A DNA stretch of 36,172 nt from a virus (taxonomy: Duplodnaviria > Caudoviricetes). The notes beneath the pieces are model-generated. The model was not told where the DNA came from. It saw only the letters and a list, made by a program, of their open reading frames with translations, and searched no databases. How positions within the stretch are numbered: position 1 is the stretch's first letter; every line of letters starts with the position of its first letter. Location: IMG/VR virus record IMGVR_UViG_3300020598_000001, positions 1 to 36,172 of that record. One strand, written 5' to 3'. Positions 18,153-25,713 of this stretch are shown piece by piece. The position numbers and the translations under genes were made by a program.

Positions 18153-19070
18153 TCAGCGCAGGGCGCCGGCGCGCTCCATCTTCTCCAGCGCGGCGCGGCC
18201 CTTGGCGACCATGGCCATGTCCTTCTTGGCAAAGCCCTCCGTCATCATCCGTTCGGCGTCGGCCTGCGTCATGGCGCCATCGGCGGCGAAGCTGTCCACC
18301 GGGATGGCCTGCTCGCCGGTGAGGCTGCGCAGCTTGGCCAGGAAGCGCACGCCCTCGGCCGTGGCCATGCTCTTGGCCGCCGCGATCTCGCCGGCGGTGA
18401 ACATGCCTTTGGCCTCCAGCCCGGCGAGCCAGGCGCCGGTCTGCCGCACAAGCTGCGTGGCGTTCGGCCCCAGCTTGGCCAGCTCGGCGCGGCGCGCCTC
18501 CTGCATCGCCAGGGCGGCGGCCTCGGGGTCCGCCGGCTGCTGGTCGCCGGCCGCCGCCTGGCGGGTCGCCGCCGCCGCCAGCACCGGCCCCAGGATGGCC
18601 GCCATCTGCGCCTGGCTCACGCCGGCGCCGTGCGCGGCGGTGCGTACCTGCTGCCAGAGCGGATCGTCCTTGCCGCCCAGCGCCGCCAGCGGGTCGGCCA
18701 CGCCCTCCACGGTCGGCACGGTGTAGCCGTCCGCGTTGGCCGGCGGCTTCTGCTGGCCCTTGGCGATCAGCGTGCGCAGCTCGGTGTTGGCGCGCGCCAG
18801 GTCCTCCACCTTCGGCGCGCCCTTCTCGGCGTCCCAGAACTTTTCGCCCAGCCAGGCTGGGCGCTGCGGCTTGCCGTCCGCGTCGGGCGCCGGGTCGGCC
18901 GCGTCGGCCAGGTCGAACAGGCCGCCGTCGCCGGCGTCGTCCGCCTGGCCAGAGTCCGCGGTCGCCGCCGGATCGGCGGCGGGGTCGGCGGCGGGGTCGG
19001 CGGTGCCGCCGCCGGCGCCGCCCTCGTCGGGGGCGCGCAGGGCGGCGGGGATCAGGGAACGGATGAACAT
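18153..19070 (-). CDS. Capsid scaffolding protein
   Basis: Acidic low-complexity N-terminus and RPAWLGEKFWD motif; lies between portal and capsid genes. Confidence 0.82.
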   Translation of the reverse strand: MFIRSLIPAALRAPDEGGAGGGTADPAADPAADPAATADSGQADDAGDGGLFDLADAADPAPDADGKPQRPAWLGEKFWDAEKGAPKVEDLARANTELRTLIAKGQQKPPANADGYTVPTVEGVADPLAALGGKDDPLWQQVRTAAHGAGVSQAQMAAILGPVLAAAATRQAAAGDQQPADPEAAALAMQEARRAELAKLGPNATQLVRQTGAWLAGLEAKGMFTAGEIAAAKSMATAEGVRFLAKLRSLTGEQAIPVDSFAADGAMTQADAERMMTEGFAKKDMAMVAKGRAALEKMERAGALR

Positions 19071-19073
19071 GCG

Positions 19074-19337
19074 TCAGGCTCCAGGGGTGTGGGCTTCGGT
19101 CAACTCGGCCAGCAGCTCGGCCAGCGCCGCCTTGCGGCCCTCGCGCCAGGCGGCCAGGTCGAAACTGTCGCCGGGGCGGTAGCTCGGCCCCTCGGCGGCC
19201 AGGCGGTCGCGCAGGAAGCCGGCGGCGCGCGGCCCCAGCGCGGCGGCGGTGTCGGCGGCGCGGGTGCGGCGCTGCTCGGCCGCCTCGCGGCCGGCCTCGG
19301 GCGGTGCGTCAAACACGTTCCAGGGGCGCGCGGTCAT
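19074..19337 (-). CDS. Small head-module protein (Bbp19-like)
   Basis: AAWREGRKAAL motif; sits just before the scaffold gene. Confidence 0.6.
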   Translation of the reverse strand: MTARPWNVFDAPPEAGREAAEQRRTRAADTAAALGPRAAGFLRDRLAAEGPSYRPGDSFDLAAWREGRKAALAELLAELTEAHTPGA

Positions 19338-19588
19338 GCGGCCCCCTTGCGGCGCAGGGGTTCCGCCGGCTTCGGCTTCCGTGCTTTCACGTAGCGCACC
19401 ACCTTGCGCAGCCCCATGGCGTCGAGGATCAGCGGGCCGGGCGCGGTGATCGCGCCGAGAACGTCGTGCAGGTAGGACACCGACAAGCCATGCTTGCGGG
19501 CATAGGCGCTCGCGCCGCCGGCCTTCTCCACCTGGCGGCGCAGCTCGATGAACAGGCCCATGGCGTCCAGGGTGCGGGCGCGGGTCAT
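19334..19588 (-). CDS. Small HTH DNA-binding protein
   Basis: GGASAYARKHGLSVSYLHDVLGAITAPGPLILDAMGL, a Cro/XRE-like HTH; ATGA overlaps on both sides. Confidence 0.7.
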   Translation of the reverse strand: MTRARTLDAMGLFIELRRQVEKAGGASAYARKHGLSVSYLHDVLGAITAPGPLILDAMGLRKVVRYVKARKPKPAEPLRRKGAA

Positions 19589-19683
19589 GCCAGCACCCCC
19601 AGCAGCTTGCCGGCGGCGATCAGCACGCCGGCGGCCACCAGCGCGCCGGCGGCCAGGATCATGCCTTGCACCAGGCGAATCAT
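19585..19683 (-). CDS. Tiny single-TM protein, 32 aa
   Basis: MIRLVQGMILAAGALVAAGVLIAAGKLLGVLA; ATGA overlap with the portal stop and with the next start; GGAGG RBS. Confidence 0.55.
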   Translation of the reverse strand: MIRLVQGMILAAGALVAAGVLIAAGKLLGVLA

Positions 19684-21323
19684 GCCGCCGCCTCCGCTGG
19701 CGCCGCCTGGTCGGCCATCGCTCGGCCGGCCGCGCCGGCGAGCTGCGCCGCGACGGGCGATTGCATGATCTGCGCGGCCTGCTGCTGCTTCGCCTGCGCG
19801 TCCTTGCGCGCCTTCAACTCGGCATCGGTCGGCACGATCTCGGCCGGGATGCCCAGCCGCTTGGTGAGGAACCGCGCCGTGCGCTCGGTGTCCAGCGCAT
19901 TGGCCAAGAGCTGCAAGCCGAACTCGCCCAGGCTGGCGGTGCCCGTCACCAACTGCATGACGGCCTGAACGTCCGCCTGGTCCTGCGCGGCGGCCAGCGC
20001 GCCCTTGGCCTGCACGCGGATGGTGTCCTGCCGCAGCAGGTCCAGCAGGTCGGCCAGGTCGGCGTCCGCCAGCTCGCCGGCCTCGTCCAGAATGTCGATG
20101 CAGCGCAGGACAACCGGCTGCACCGCATCGACGTGCAGGCGGCCAAAGGCGCCGGTATCGGCCTGGAAGCGCCGCACCCGCTCGATGACTTCGGTTGCCG
20201 TCAGCCCAACTTCGACTTCCGGCGGCAGCGGATTGTCGAACATGACTTGTCGGATGCGGGTCTGCATCTGCTGTTGCAGCTCGGCGTTGAGCTGGAAATT
20301 GCCGCTGAACTCCAGCGGCTTGAGGCTCGGGCCGGCGCCGCCGGTCGCGTTGCTGCGCACCGGGATCATGGCGCCCGGCACAATGCGCACGTTCGCCGGG
20401 TTCAGCACGCCATCGTCCAGCACGGTGTAAACCCCGCCCACCGCCAGGCTGGCCGATTTCAGCATCAGCTCTACCAGCTTGTTGACGGTGCGAATGTCGG
20501 GCAGGGCTTGCGTGAGCGGGCCGCGCCCGTGCGTCTCGCCGGGCGCCTTGGTCCAGCGCGTCACCACCCATGGCATGGTGCGATATTGCCGCTCCACCAG
20601 GCGGGCCTTGCTCGCCTTGTGCAGCACGTCGAAGCGGAAAACATCGTCCTCCGCGTCGTAGTAGGTCGCCTGTAGCAGCTCCACGTCCTGCGCGTCGTCG
20701 CGCGCGGCGGCCTCGGTGATCTCGGCGGGCAGGTTGGTGGCGTCGGGGTAGGTGCGCGCCACCAGGCGGGCCGGCATCTTCTGCGTGTAGAACACGCCTT
20801 CGACCACGCCAAAGGGGCCTTCATCGAAGGCCACCAGGCCGGCCGGCACGGCGGTGAAGCGCAGCAGCGGCGCGCGCGTGCGCTTGGTGCCGGTGCGGCC
20901 GTTCTCGATCAGCAGGCAGGCGGTGCCGGCCGCCATCTCCTGCGCCCACTCGTTTACGCTCACGTCGAAGTTGCTCGCGTGGATATGCGCGAAAAGCCGG
21001 GCCTCGGCGCGCTCCAGCGCCGCCATGACCGGCAGCGCGTCGTCCTCGCCCTCCAGCTCGGGCGGCAGGGCGAGCTTGGCCCATCGTTGCTGCGGCGGGA
21101 ACAGCGCCGATTGCAGCCGGTTGGCGAAGCGCGCGGCGCTCACCACGGCGGTGCTGTCGTACACCTTCACGTGCCGATCCTGGCCGTAGCCGTAGCCCTG
21201 CCAGCTATCGCGCTCGGGCAGCGCATAGGCGTGGCAATCCTGCATGAGCTGCGCGAAGGCGTCGCGCTTGGCGCCCGCCTTCTCGGCCCGCTTCACCAGG
21301 GCCTCGGGGGAGAGATGCGCCAT
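19680..21323 (-). CDS. Portal (head-tail connector, T7/BPP-1 type)
   Basis: YDSTAV, RWTKAPGETHGRGP...ALPDIRTVN and TATEV motifs; 547 aa. Confidence 0.93.
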   Translation of the reverse strand: MAHLSPEALVKRAEKAGAKRDAFAQLMQDCHAYALPERDSWQGYGYGQDRHVKVYDSTAVVSAARFANRLQSALFPPQQRWAKLALPPELEGEDDALPVMAALERAEARLFAHIHASNFDVSVNEWAQEMAAGTACLLIENGRTGTKRTRAPLLRFTAVPAGLVAFDEGPFGVVEGVFYTQKMPARLVARTYPDATNLPAEITEAAARDDAQDVELLQATYYDAEDDVFRFDVLHKASKARLVERQYRTMPWVVTRWTKAPGETHGRGPLTQALPDIRTVNKLVELMLKSASLAVGGVYTVLDDGVLNPANVRIVPGAMIPVRSNATGGAGPSLKPLEFSGNFQLNAELQQQMQTRIRQVMFDNPLPPEVEVGLTATEVIERVRRFQADTGAFGRLHVDAVQPVVLRCIDILDEAGELADADLADLLDLLRQDTIRVQAKGALAAAQDQADVQAVMQLVTGTASLGEFGLQLLANALDTERTARFLTKRLGIPAEIVPTDAELKARKDAQAKQQQAAQIMQSPVAAQLAGAAGRAMADQAAPAEAAA

Positions 21324-21325
21324 CG

Positions 21326-21568
21326 TCAGCCGCCCAGCTTCTTGGCCAGGGTGGTATTGCTGCCGGCGATGCCCAGCTCGTCGTCCAGCAGCAGCGCGCG
21401 GCCGGTGCTGGCGGTGCCGCGCACGCGGCGGGCCGCCGCATCGGCCTGCGCCTGCGCCTGGCTCTGCTGCTCCTGCGCCGCCACGGCGGCTTCCTGGTCG
21501 GCCTGTGCCTTCAACTGCGCGGCGCTCGGCGCCGTGCTGGCGCCCTTGCTTGAGAAAATCCCACCCAT
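21326..21568 (-). CDS. Small virion protein upstream of portal (T7 gp7.3-like position)
   Basis: MGGIFS N-terminus, Ala/Gln-rich middle and GRALLL...KKLGG end. Confidence 0.65.
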   Translation of the reverse strand: MGGIFSSKGASTAPSAAQLKAQADQEAAVAAQEQQSQAQAQADAAARRVRGTASTGRALLLDDELGIAGSNTTLAKKLGG

Positions 21569-21574
21569 GCGGGG

Positions 21575-22015
21575 CTAGCTCCTGATTGGCTCGGGGGTGA
21601 TCGGCAGCACCGGCGCGGCGCCGGCGCGGCGCAGGCGGCGGGCAAGCTGCCGGGGGGTGAGGGTCCAGGGCGCGCGCAGGCCAAGGGCGGCCTTCACGAC
21701 TTCAACGCACGTCATCGGGCCGCGCAGCAGGGCGCCGCCGGGCGTGGCGGGGCATTCCACCGCCAGCACGGAGGCGCCTTCCGCCAGCAGCTCGCGCAGG
21801 ACGTGGCCGGCGCTGCGGTCCTCGATCTCCACGACCAGGTGGCGGCCGGTGTGGTTCACCAGCAGCGTGGTTTCCAGGTCGAGCGCGCGGCAGGCGAGGA
21901 CGTGCCGGAAGCTGGGATGCAGGAATCGCGCCCACCAGGCGCAGCCGGTCAGGCTGTGGCGCGGCAGGAACGCCACGAACCAGACGGCTTCCGGGTGCAT
22001 CGCCGCCGCGCGCAT
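21575..22015 (-). CDS. Hypothetical protein, possible permuted papain-like (NlpC/P60) fold
   Basis: His (FRHV) precedes Cys (TCVEVV), followed by TPRQL. Confidence 0.55.
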   Translation of the reverse strand: MRAAAMHPEAVWFVAFLPRHSLTGCAWWARFLHPSFRHVLACRALDLETTLLVNHTGRHLVVEIEDRSAGHVLRELLAEGASVLAVECPATPGGALLRGPMTCVEVVKAALGLRAPWTLTPRQLARRLRRAGAAPVLPITPEPIRS

Positions 22016-22017
22016 CG

Positions 22018-22335
22018 TCAGCGCCGCCCGCTGCCGGCCTGCTGGCCCATCGCCTGCGGCCGGCTGTCGGTGATCCGCCAGGGGTCGGTCTGCCGGAACT
22101 GCCGCAGGATAGTGGCCAGGTGCGCTTCCGGCGTCTCGCCGTGCGCCTCGGCGCGCTGCGCCAGGTAGTCCGCGAAGCGGGGCGCCAGGCGCGCGGTGAC
22201 GGGCTGCGCGCCATCGTCCTGCAACTCGCCGCGCTCGATCTGGTCCACCAGGCGGCGGGCCTCGGCCATTGGCGTGGCGTGGTTCTGCGGCGCGGGCGCC
22301 TCGGGCGCGGCGTCGGGCTTGAGGGTCAAGGTCAT
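22018..22335 (-). CDS. Hypothetical protein, possible ribbon-helix-helix, about 105 aa
   Basis: ATG at 22335 overlaps the upstream stop; VTARLAPRFADYLAQRAEAHGETPEAHLATIL is RHH-like. Confidence 0.55.
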   Translation of the reverse strand: MTLTLKPDAAPEAPAPQNHATPMAEARRLVDQIERGELQDDGAQPVTARLAPRFADYLAQRAEAHGETPEAHLATILRQFRQTDPWRITDSRPQAMGQQAGSGRR

Positions 22336-22547
22336 GCGGTCCTCTTCAAGCCTGCCGCTTTCAATGCCGCGTTGATGTTGATGGCGCCGGGCACGTCCTC
22401 GGCCGTCAGCACCAGGGCGTCGCTTGGGAGCGGATCGCCCTGCCGCCACTCGTCCACCACTCGCGCCTTGCGGTAGTGACGCGCCAGGGCTGTGGCGTTC
22501 CGCGTTTTCCCGGAGCCGGCCGGCCCCTTAATGATGACTGCGGGCAT
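22332..22547 (-). CDS. Miniature P-loop protein, 71 aa
   Basis: MPAVIIKGPAGSGKT (Walker A) and RVVDE (Walker B-like). Confidence 0.65.
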   Translation of the reverse strand: MPAVIIKGPAGSGKTRNATALARHYRKARVVDEWRQGDPLPSDALVLTAEDVPGAININAALKAAGLKRTA

Positions 22548-22564
22548 AAGGTGATTCCCTCGGG

Positions 22565-22789
22565 TTAGAAGCTGGTCGGCTGCGCAATGGCGCGCGTCAG
22601 CCACATGAAGCCGGTTTGCAGCTCGGTCTTGCCGATGGCGGCGGCGCGGCCGTCGATGCCGGGCAGCGCGGCGATGCGCGCGTGCAGCTCGCCCACCTTG
22701 GCGCCCAGCGCCTTTACCTCGTTCATCAGCGCTATTTCTTCGGCGGACAGCTCGCGGTAGCCGGTGATTTTCCGGTGCTGGTTTTCCAT
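22565..22789 (-). CDS. acb2: Anti-CBASS cyclic-oligonucleotide sponge, Acb2 family
   Basis: [26 protein letters not shown]...[28 protein letters not shown] closely follows the Acb2 pattern (N-terminal NQHxKIxGYR, C-terminal RAIAQP). Confidence 0.9.
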   Translation of the reverse strand: MENQHRKITGYRELSAEEIALMNEVKALGAKVGELHARIAALPGIDGRAAAIGKTELQTGFMWLTRAIAQPTSF

Positions 22790-22797
22790 GGTGGCTT

Positions 22798-24264
22798 TCA
22801 TCGGTAGGGGTTGAAGTCGGTTTGCGCGGTGTATTGCCGCGCGCTCTGCGCCTGCTGCTGGCGCGCCGTGACTTCGTGCCAGGCGTGCCCGTCCAGCAGC
22901 GCGTATTGGTCCGCCTCAATCATGTGGCTGGCCCAATTCTTCGCCGGCGAGTCCGCGCGCCGCATTCCGTGCGGGCTGCGGATCATCGGAAACTTGTAAT
23001 CGCGCATGAGCGCCACGCGCGTGAACTTGCAGGAAGGGTCGATCAGCAGGCCGGGCTTGGCGCCGTCGATCAGCCGGCCCATCGGCAGGCGGTAGGCTTC
23101 GCGCCGTGGCGTCGGGTCGTTGGTCGGCGCCGCGATCACGGGGATTTCCGCGACGCGCGCGACGGTATCAATCCAGGAGCTTTCGCCGTTCGCGGTGTCG
23201 GCGCCGAACGCCGCGCTGGGATCGGCCAGGCCGCGCACCGCCAGGTGCCGCACCTGGCCGCGCGCGTCGGTCAGCAGCTCGCGCAGTAGGTCGCGGAGCA
23301 TCTCGCCAAAGCGGTGCGGGCCGGTGATGCTGCCTTGGTCCTTGGCGTGCGTCGTCAGCTCGCGCAGCTTGCGCCACTGGCCATCCGCGCCGCGCTGCCA
23401 GATGCCAGCGGCGGGCGTGCCGCCGGCGTCCATGCCGACGATGACGGGGCGGCCTTCCAGCAGCGCCAGCGGCGTGGCGCTGAAATGCACCGCATCGTTG
23501 AACTCGGGATAGACCGCCTCGCCGTCGCGGCCAATGCCGGGCTTGTTGTCCACGAAGCGGCGCGCGTCGTGCGTCGGCATCAGCGTGCGGAGGCGCTGGT
23601 AATAGTCGCCCGGCAGGTTGGCTAGGTTCTCGGCGCCCGGCTCCAGGCCGCCCGGCTGCCGGAAGAAACTGTGGCCCGGCTTCGGTTCTTCGATGAAGTC
23701 GGCCACCACGTAGCTGTCCACCTCGGGGGCGTTGCAGGTGCCCCACACGCCGGCCCAGCCCAATTCCGCCTTGCTCGGGTAGCGGCCGCAGCGCGAGCGC
23801 AGGAAGGTCAGCGCGTTGGGGGCCATGATGTCGGCCTCGTCCACGTAGGCGAACGTGCCTTCCCATCCGCGCAAGGCTTCCTCAATCCGCAGATCGCCCA
23901 GCGCCATGAACTCGGTGCGCAGCTCCACTAGGCCGCCGTCGCCGGGATGGCGCAGCGTCAGGGTGTGGGTGGCGGGATCGCCGGCCGCGCCGCGCCAGGT
24001 GCCCATCGTCTTGGGGAACCAGCGCAACCAGCTCTGCATCGTGGTCTTTTCCAGATCCTTTTGGAGCCGGCGCACCACGCCGAACTTGGCGCGGCGGATG
24101 CCGTCCGCGCCGGGGCGCTGGAAGTACGAGCGCACCACGCCGCGCATCAGGCCCACGGTGGTCTTGCCGCTGCCCACCGGCCCCATCAGCAAGGCCAGGT
24201 CGTCGTCCGTCTCCAGGAAGGCTTGGCTAATGGGTCCGGGCGGCTCCCAGGCGGTCGCGCTCAT
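22798..24264 (-). CDS. terL: Terminase large subunit, about 488 aa
   Basis: Walker [10 protein letters not shown], Walker B AYVDE, motif III TCNAP, nuclease VGMDAG and SHMIEADQY; likely start [10 protein letters not shown] at 24264. Confidence 0.92.
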   Translation of the reverse strand: MSATAWEPPGPISQAFLETDDDLALLMGPVGSGKTTVGLMRGVVRSYFQRPGADGIRRAKFGVVRRLQKDLEKTTMQSWLRWFPKTMGTWRGAAGDPATHTLTLRHPGDGGLVELRTEFMALGDLRIEEALRGWEGTFAYVDEADIMAPNALTFLRSRCGRYPSKAELGWAGVWGTCNAPEVDSYVVADFIEEPKPGHSFFRQPGGLEPGAENLANLPGDYYQRLRTLMPTHDARRFVDNKPGIGRDGEAVYPEFNDAVHFSATPLALLEGRPVIVGMDAGGTPAAGIWQRGADGQWRKLRELTTHAKDQGSITGPHRFGEMLRDLLRELLTDARGQVRHLAVRGLADPSAAFGADTANGESSWIDTVARVAEIPVIAAPTNDPTPRREAYRLPMGRLIDGAKPGLLIDPSCKFTRVALMRDYKFPMIRSPHGMRRADSPAKNWASHMIEADQYALLDGHAWHEVTARQQQAQSARQYTAQTDFNPYR

Positions 24265-24431
24265 GCCCTGCCCCCACCCTCGCCGTGGCCAGCCTTGTTC
24301 GCGCCGCGCACGCTTCCCGAACCCGGACCCTCGCCCCGGCGGCCCTTGACCCCGTGCCCCCGCTCGGCCGGTCGCGCCGAAAGCCGAAAGGCTCCGTGCG
24401 GGTACGGGGGAAGGAAGGCGCGCACGGGCGC

Positions 24432-24463
24432 GGGGGGTGGGGGGGTGGGGGGGTGCCGGGGGG
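24432..24463 (+). other. G-tract (G6-T-G7-T-G7-TGCC-G6), potential G-quadruplex / packaging-region signal
   Basis: Four runs of 6-7 G between the terS-like gene and terL. Confidence 0.5.
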
Positions 24464-24634
24464 TCGCGCGCGCGCCCGCCGCCGGCGCGCCCTCGCGCCC
24501 GCCGCCGCGCGCGCCATCGCCCGCGCGAGGGTAGGCGGCCGGGCCGGCGAGCCACTGATGCGCGATCAGCGGCCGGGCCTCGCGCAAGCCCTTGGAATGG
24601 CTGGCGTTTGTGCAGGCTGTCAGACTGCGGCGCA

Positions 24635-25192
24635 TCAGACTGCCCCGCCTTCGCTGCCGCTATCGTCCTGATTTTCCACGACTTCGACCACCGGCCGCGC
24701 CGTCATGCCCAGCCTGGCCGCAATGCCGGCCGTCACGCCGATGGCCACCGGCGCCACGGCCACGCCGTCGAGCTGCACCGCCTGCGGCGCCTTGCTGTGC
24801 AGGTAGGCGGCGGCCTCGCTGGCGGCGCGGAGCTGCATGGCGAAGGCTTCCGACCGCTTGCAATCCAGCTCGCGCGCCAGCTCGGCCACCGGCCGGCTGT
24901 AGGTCTCGGCCAGCACCACCAGCGGGCTGCGGTAGCGGGCCAGCATGTAGGCGCGCCAGTCTGCCGCCTTGCGGTCCGTCGCGCCCACCGGCCGGCCGCC
25001 GGCCGGCGCGGGCGGCGGCGCCATCGGCTCCAGCTCGCCGGCCGGCGCCAGCGGCAAGGCTTCCTGCACCGGCGCGGCCTCGCCCGCCGCCAGCTCGGCG
25101 GTGGCCTGGCGCGCCGTCGCCTTGCGGGCGCGGTGCCGGCGCATCTTGAGGGCGCCCGCTGACGGCGGCGCGTCGTCCTCGCCGGCGGTCAC
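24635..25192 (-). CDS. Putative terminase small subunit
   Basis: GGRPVGATDRK...YRSPLVVLA...AAAYLHSK; upstream of terL; start uncertain (GTG at 25192 or ATG at 25144). Confidence 0.6.
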   Translation of the reverse strand: MTAGEDDAPPSAGALKMRRHRARKATARQATAELAAGEAAPVQEALPLAPAGELEPMAPPPAPAGGRPVGATDRKAADWRAYMLARYRSPLVVLAETYSRPVAELARELDCKRSEAFAMQLRAASEAAAYLHSKAPQAVQLDGVAVAPVAIGVTAGIAARLGMTARPVVEVVENQDDSGSEGGAV

Positions 25193-25217
25193 TGGCAGAA
25201 ACCCTTGCCGGCGCTGC

Positions 25218-25544
25218 CGGAACGCTTCGCCCGATGACCGCGGCAAACCGTTCCGGCGAGCGTTCCGCGCAAGCCTCTGGAAACAAAGAGGTTTCTATAT
25301 GCCGGAACGGTTATATAGGAATACTGTTCCGAACAACCCCTTGAACCGAAAGGGAAAGGCGCCCAGCCGGAACAGAAATCCTCGCGCGCATGTATGCCGA
25401 GAGCCTGGCGGCGGCCGGTGGCCAGCCTTCGCGCACTATACGCGCGCGCGACCGTTCCGACCGTTCCGGTCGGCAATTCCGCCTGTGTTTTCCGTGGGTT
25501 AGCCGGAACAAGTGAACCGTTCCGCGAAGTTCCAGCGTGTTCCG
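25218..25544. other. Putative lytic replication origin (GTTCCG iterons plus AT-rich patch)
   Basis: 11 exact GTTCCG/CGGAAC copies in both orientations and an AT-rich stretch at about 25279-25335, directly downstream of the primase and helicase genes. Confidence 0.65.
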
Positions 25545-25713
25545 GTTGGAAACGCTCGAAACCCTGGAAGGCTTTCCTAGGGGCTGGAAGGCTGGTCCTA
25601 GGCCGGCGCCGGTGTTTGCCTTGCGGCCTTGGGTCGGGGATCGGCGCCGGCAGCACCTTAGCCCGATGGGGAGAGGCAGTCACGCGGGAATGCTCCTGGC
25701 TTCGGGTCGGGGA

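Noticed and set aside
18890-19020. GCCGACCCCGCC-type repeats in the scaffold gene
   Set aside because: Explained by the ADPA low-complexity peptide repeat.
16845-19394. 849-aa plus-strand ORF
   Set aside because: Antisense to capsid and scaffold genes and runs through regulatory DNA; a GC-driven artefact.
24265-24555. N-terminal extension of TerL in the ORF track
   Set aside because: Arg/Pro/Gly low-complexity translation of the G-tract region; terminase-like sequence begins at 24264.
25189-25683. 164-aa minus-strand ORF across the iteron region
   Set aside because: Composition is not protein-like and it overlaps the repeat/AT-rich putative origin; not fully excluded because its stop overlaps the terS-like GTG.
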